Of a DNA stretch of 64,000 nucleotides, positions 60,275-64,000 are shown in pieces. A program made the translations under genes and the position numbers. How positions within the stretch are numbered: position 1 is the stretch's first letter; each line of letters begins with the position of its first letter. The notes beneath the pieces were generated by a model. The model was not told the origin of the DNA, ran no database searches, and saw nothing but the letters and a program-made list of their open reading frames with translations. Source of the stretch: an uncultured delta proteobacterium (GTDB lineage: Bacteria > Myxococcota > Myxococcia > SLRQ01); the NCBI GenBank assembly GCA_963727485.1, contig CAVSGM010000001.1:128001-192000 (forward strand), written 5' to 3'.

Positions 60275-61231
60275 ATGGGCACCTTCCGCATCGTCTACCT
60301 GGGGACCCCGGACTTCGCCGTGGCCCCCCTCGAGGCCCTCCTCGCGGGCCCGGACCAGGTGGTCGCGGTGGTCACCCAGCCCGACCGCCCCAGCGGCCGG
60401 GGTCGCAAGCTCACCCCCCCGCCGGTGAAGGTGGTCGCCGAGGGCGCCGGGATCCCGGTGTTCCAGCCGAGGAGCCTCAAGGGCGAGGCCGGGGACGCGC
60501 TGCTCGCCGAGCTCGCCGCCCTGGAGCCGGACCTGGGCGTGGTCGCCGCCTACGGGCGCATCCTCCCGAAGCGCTTCCTCGACCTCCCGCGCCTCGGGTG
60601 CCTCAACGTCCACGCCTCGCTGCTGCCCAGGTGGCGCGGGGCGAGCCCCATCCAGTGGGCCATCGCCGCCGGCGACGCCGAGACCGGGGTCACCATCATG
60701 CAGATGGACGCCGGCCTCGACACCGGGCCGATGCGCCACGTGAGGCGCCTCGCCATCGCCCCCGACGAGACCGGGGGGCAGCTCTTCGAGCGCCTGGCGC
60801 CGCTGGGGGCCGAGGCCCTGATGGAGGCCCTCGACGGCCTGCGCGCCGGCGACCTGCCGCTGACCGTCCAGCCCGAGGCCGGCGCCACCTACGCGCCCCT
60901 GCTCACCCGCGACGACGGGCGCCTGGACTTCACCGGCGACGCCGTCGCCCTGGCCCGGCGCATCCGGGCGTTCCAGCCGTGGCCTGGGGCCTTCACCACC
61001 CTCGGCGGGCGGCTGCTCAAGGTCCAGGGCGCCGAGGCGCTGCCGGCGGGCTCGCCGGACGCGGCGCCGGGCACGGTGATCGCCTCCGGCCCGGCGGGGA
61101 TCGACGTCGCCTGCGGCACCGGCGCGCTGCGCCTCACCCGCGTCCAGCCCGAGGGCCGCCGGCCCATGGACGCCGCCGCCTACCTCGCCGGCCGGCCGCT
61201 GGCCCCGGGCACCCGGCTGGGGGCCGCGTGA
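60275..61231 (+). CDS. fmt: Methionyl-tRNA formyltransferase
   Basis: 'GTPDFA', 'TQPDRP.GRG', 'NVHASLLPRWRGASPI', 'MDAGLDTG'. Confidence 0.97.
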   Translation: MGTFRIVYLGTPDFAVAPLEALLAGPDQVVAVVTQPDRPSGRGRKLTPPPVKVVAEGAGIPVFQPRSLKGEAGDALLAELAALEPDLGVVAAYGRILPKRFLDLPRLGCLNVHASLLPRWRGASPIQWAIAAGDAETGVTIMQMDAGLDTGPMRHVRRLAIAPDETGGQLFERLAPLGAEALMEALDGLRAGDLPLTVQPEAGATYAPLLTRDDGRLDFTGDAVALARRIRAFQPWPGAFTTLGGRLLKVQGAEALPAGSPDAAPGTVIASGPAGIDVACGTGALRLTRVQPEGRRPMDAAAYLAGRPLAPGTRLGAA

Positions 61232-62581
61232 CCAGCCCCCGTCGCCTCGCCTTCGACCTGCTGATGCGGGTGGAGACCGGCGGTGCGTTTGCGGGCGTGG
61301 CCCTCGACGCGGCCCTGCGCCGGGAGGGGAAGGTCGACGCCCGGGACCGGGCGCTGGCCACCGAGCTGGTCTACGGCACCCTGCGCCGGGCGCTCGCCCT
61401 CGACTTCGTCCTCGGCCAGTTCTCCAGCCGGCCGGTGGACGGCCTCGACCCCAAGGTGCGCCAGGTCCTCCGCCTCGGGGCCTACCAGCTGCGCCACCTG
61501 CGCGTCCCCGACCACGCCGCGGTGGGCGAGAGCGTGAACCTCTGCCGGGAGGTGGGGGCGAAGGCGGCGGCGGGCTTCGTCAACGCCGTGCTCCGGGCGG
61601 TGGCCCGGGCGGGGGACGAGGACCTGGCGCCGCCCCTGGAGGTCGACCCGGCGACCCACCTGCTGGTCACCGAGGGCCTGCCCCCGTGGCTCCACGACCT
61701 CTGGGCGCAGGCGCTCCCGGAGCCCGAGGTCGCCGAGCTCGCCCGGGCGGTGAACGAGCCGGCGCACCAGGCCTTCCGCGCCGCCAATCCCGCCGCCCGG
61801 GACGCGGCGCTGGCCCGCCTCGCCGAGGCGGGGATCGACGCCGAGGCCACCCGCTTCTCCCAGGTGGGCCTGGTGGTCGCCCACGGCGCCGCCCAGGACG
61901 CCGTCCTCGCCGCCGCCCCGGCGCTCCAGCCCCAGGACGAGGGGGCCCAGCTCGCCACCGCCTTCGCCGTGGCCGAGGGGCCCGAGCCCCTCACGGTCAC
62001 CCGGATCCTCGACCCCTGCGCGGCCCCCGGGGGCAAGGCCTGCCACCTGGCCCAGGCGGTCCCGGGGGCGCACGTGGTCGCCGCCGACCTCCACCGCCGG
62101 CGCGCCGAGAAGGTCGCCGAGGCCGCCAAGCGCCTGGGCCTCGGGGACCGGGTCGAGGCCCACCCCGCCGACGCGACCAGGCCGCTTGCCCTTCGCCGAG
62201 GCGGCGAGCTTCGACCTGGTGCTCCTCGACGCCCCGTGCTCGGGCCTGGGGACGATCCAGCGCCACCCGGAGATCAAGCTGCGCCGCACCCGGGACGACC
62301 TCGCGCGCCTCGCCGACCTCCAGGGCCGGCTCCTCGAGCGGGCGGCGGCGTACGTGCGCCCCGGCGGGCGGCTGGCCTACGTGGTGTGCACCTGGAGCCC
62401 CGAGGAGACGAGCGAGCGCCTGGCGGCGTTGCTGGTGGCGCACCCGGACTTCCAGGTGGAGCCGGTCGCCGAACCGGGCCCCTGGGAAGGCCTGGTGGGC
62501 GACGACGGCGCCCTGTGGCTCTGGCCGCATCGGCACGGCACCGACGGGTTCTGGGCGGTGCGCCTGCGGCGGGCGGCCTGA
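61228..62581 (+). CDS. rsmB: 16S rRNA m5C967 methyltransferase RsmB/Sun, frameshift ~62186
   Basis: NusB-like N-domain 'ELVYGTLR', 'FVNAVLR'; 'QDEGAQ', 'CAAPGGK', 'DAPCSGLG', 'DGF'. Confidence 0.93.
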
Positions 62582-62607
62582 GCGACGCGGCCGGGACGGA
62601 ACCGATC

Positions 62608-63732
62608 ATGTGGCGGATGGCTTCGTGCGCAGGGGTCCTGGTGCTCACCGGGCTCCTCGGCGCGTGCGGCAGCGGGGCCCTGGGGCCCAGGGGTCCCGAC
62701 GGCTGCGTTCAGCTCGAGAAGGACATCACCACAGCGACGACCCTGCCGGCCGGCTGCTACGACGCGGTCACCCGCATCGCCGTCACCGCGCCGCTCACCC
62801 TCAATCCCGGGGTCACCCTTCACGTCCACGGCGGGAGCGTCCTGGTGATCGGCAGCAAGGACACCCCGACCCAGGGCAGGCTCGTCGCCAGGGGCACCGC
62901 CGGCCGGCCCATCTCAATCGGGGGCACCGGCCAGCCCGGGTCCTTCGGCGGGCTGATCCTCTACACCCCGGGTAACGTCCTCGACCACGTGACCCTCCAG
63001 GGTGGGGGGACCGCGGCCGTCGACGTCTACCCGCCGGGCGGGATCTCGGTGTCGCACAGCACCGTCGAGGGGTCACTGGGGGTGGGCATCCGGGTCGAGC
63101 TCGGTGGGGCCCTGGGTACGTTCATGGCCAACACCCTCACCGGCAACGGTGCTGGGCCCCTGGCCCTCCCCGCCGACCAGGTGGGCAAGCTCGACACAGC
63201 CTCCGACTACGCGGGCGACCACCTGGACGAGGTGAGCGTCTACGGGACGCTCTCCGCCCCCGCCACCTGGCGGGCCCTGGGCGTACCCTACTGGCTGGGG
63301 GAGCAGGTCGACGTACAGGCCGCTCTCACCCTCGAGCCCGGGGTCACGCTCGACTTCGACCAGGTCACCCCGCTCACCGTCGGCGCCGGCCACACCGCCG
63401 GCTCCCTCCACGCGGTGGGGACGGCCGCCGAGCCCATCACCTTCCAGGGGTCCGGTCAGCCCGGCTCCTGGGCGGGGATCGAGATCTTCTCCCACGACCC
63501 GGCGAACGTGCTCACCCACTGCGTGGTGCGGGACGGGGGCAACGGGACGACCCGGGGCTTCGACGTCGGCCTTGGCCAGCACGCCTACGCCAAGGTCACC
63601 CAGAGCGTCATCGGGGACAGCAGCGGCTACGGGCTCTGCGTGGTGTCGCCGCCAGCGACCCTGGTCCTGGACACGCCCGACTCCAACGCCTACGCACCGC
63701 CGAACGCGTCGGGGAATGTCTGCCCGCCTTGA
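62608..63732 (+). CDS. Right-handed beta-helix lipoprotein
   Basis: Lipobox LGAC; two repeats of 'LTL.PGVTL......L..G....G.L.A.GTA..PI...G.GQPGS..G'. Confidence 0.78.
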   Translation: MWRMASCAGVLVLTGLLGACGSGALGPRGPDGCVQLEKDITTATTLPAGCYDAVTRIAVTAPLTLNPGVTLHVHGGSVLVIGSKDTPTQGRLVARGTAGRPISIGGTGQPGSFGGLILYTPGNVLDHVTLQGGGTAAVDVYPPGGISVSHSTVEGSLGVGIRVELGGALGTFMANTLTGNGAGPLALPADQVGKLDTASDYAGDHLDEVSVYGTLSAPATWRALGVPYWLGEQVDVQAALTLEPGVTLDFDQVTPLTVGAGHTAGSLHAVGTAAEPITFQGSGQPGSWAGIEIFSHDPANVLTHCVVRDGGNGTTRGFDVGLGQHAYAKVTQSVIGDSSGYGLCVVSPPATLVLDTPDSNAYAPPNASGNVCPP

Positions 63733-63849
63733 GCCTTGCCCGCCCGGGTGAACAGGAGTGGGGTGCACTAGGGTTTTTGGCCTCCTCGCGGAAGAGTCTG
63801 CGCTCCGGGTCACCGGATTCCGCCGCGCCGGCACCACCGGGAGGGTTCC

Positions 63850-64000
63850 ATGTCGAAGACGTCCTTGAGGCTGCTCGCCGTCGCCCTCGCCGGTCTCGTC
63901 GCCGCGTGCGGTCCCGCGCCCCAGAACAACAACAACGGGGGCGGCGGAGGCGGAGGCGGCTGCACCCAGGTGGCGAACGACATCGTTCTGCCCCGAGGTC
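63850..64000 (+). CDS. Lipoprotein (runs off window), probable paralogue of 62608-63732
   Basis: Lipobox VAAC, N4/G8 linker, 'GCTQVANDI' similar to 'GCVQLEKDI'. Confidence 0.65.
   Translation, partial: MSKTSLRLLAVALAGLVAACGPAPQNNNNGGGGGGGGCTQVANDIVLPRG

Overview
This is a very GC-rich, densely coding bacterial window. It is most likely Myxococcota: there is a Myxococcus-type LexA box before recA, a class II photolyase and many lipoproteins. I saw no rRNA, tRNA, CRISPR array, transposase or integrase. Recognisable genes are tolC-exbB-exbD-tonB, an adenylate cyclase, Zn-dehydrogenases, ltaE, a TetR/FAD-monooxygenase unit, a tandem ArsA/Get3 (BagAB-like) pair, a GT21 glucosyltransferase, a split MoxR/DUF58/BatA-vWA/DUF4175/peptidase-MA cluster, photolyase, RapA, a subtilase, a Baeyer-Villiger monooxygenase, GH15, an ECF sigma/anti-sigma operon, recA, phhB, argC, HEAT-repeat proteins, fmt and rsmB. 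About 13 genes, including recA, carry single-base frameshifts that are most simply explained as long-read assembly indels. The most notable items are: (i) three divergent beta-helix 'choice-of-anchor Q'-like lipoprotein paralogues, with a ~98%-identical, internally deleted copy of the flanking ltaE gene, suggesting a variable surface-protein cassette locus; (ii) an ECF sigma/anti-sigma/mini-secretin-like protein/outer-membrane barrel operon with a repeated ECF promoter motif; (iii) two paralogous helical lipoproteins, one translationally coupled to the Get3-like ATPase pair; (iv) pervasive leaderless-type promoters (TANNNT-N6/7-start). All functional calls come from motif reading only; no searches were run.
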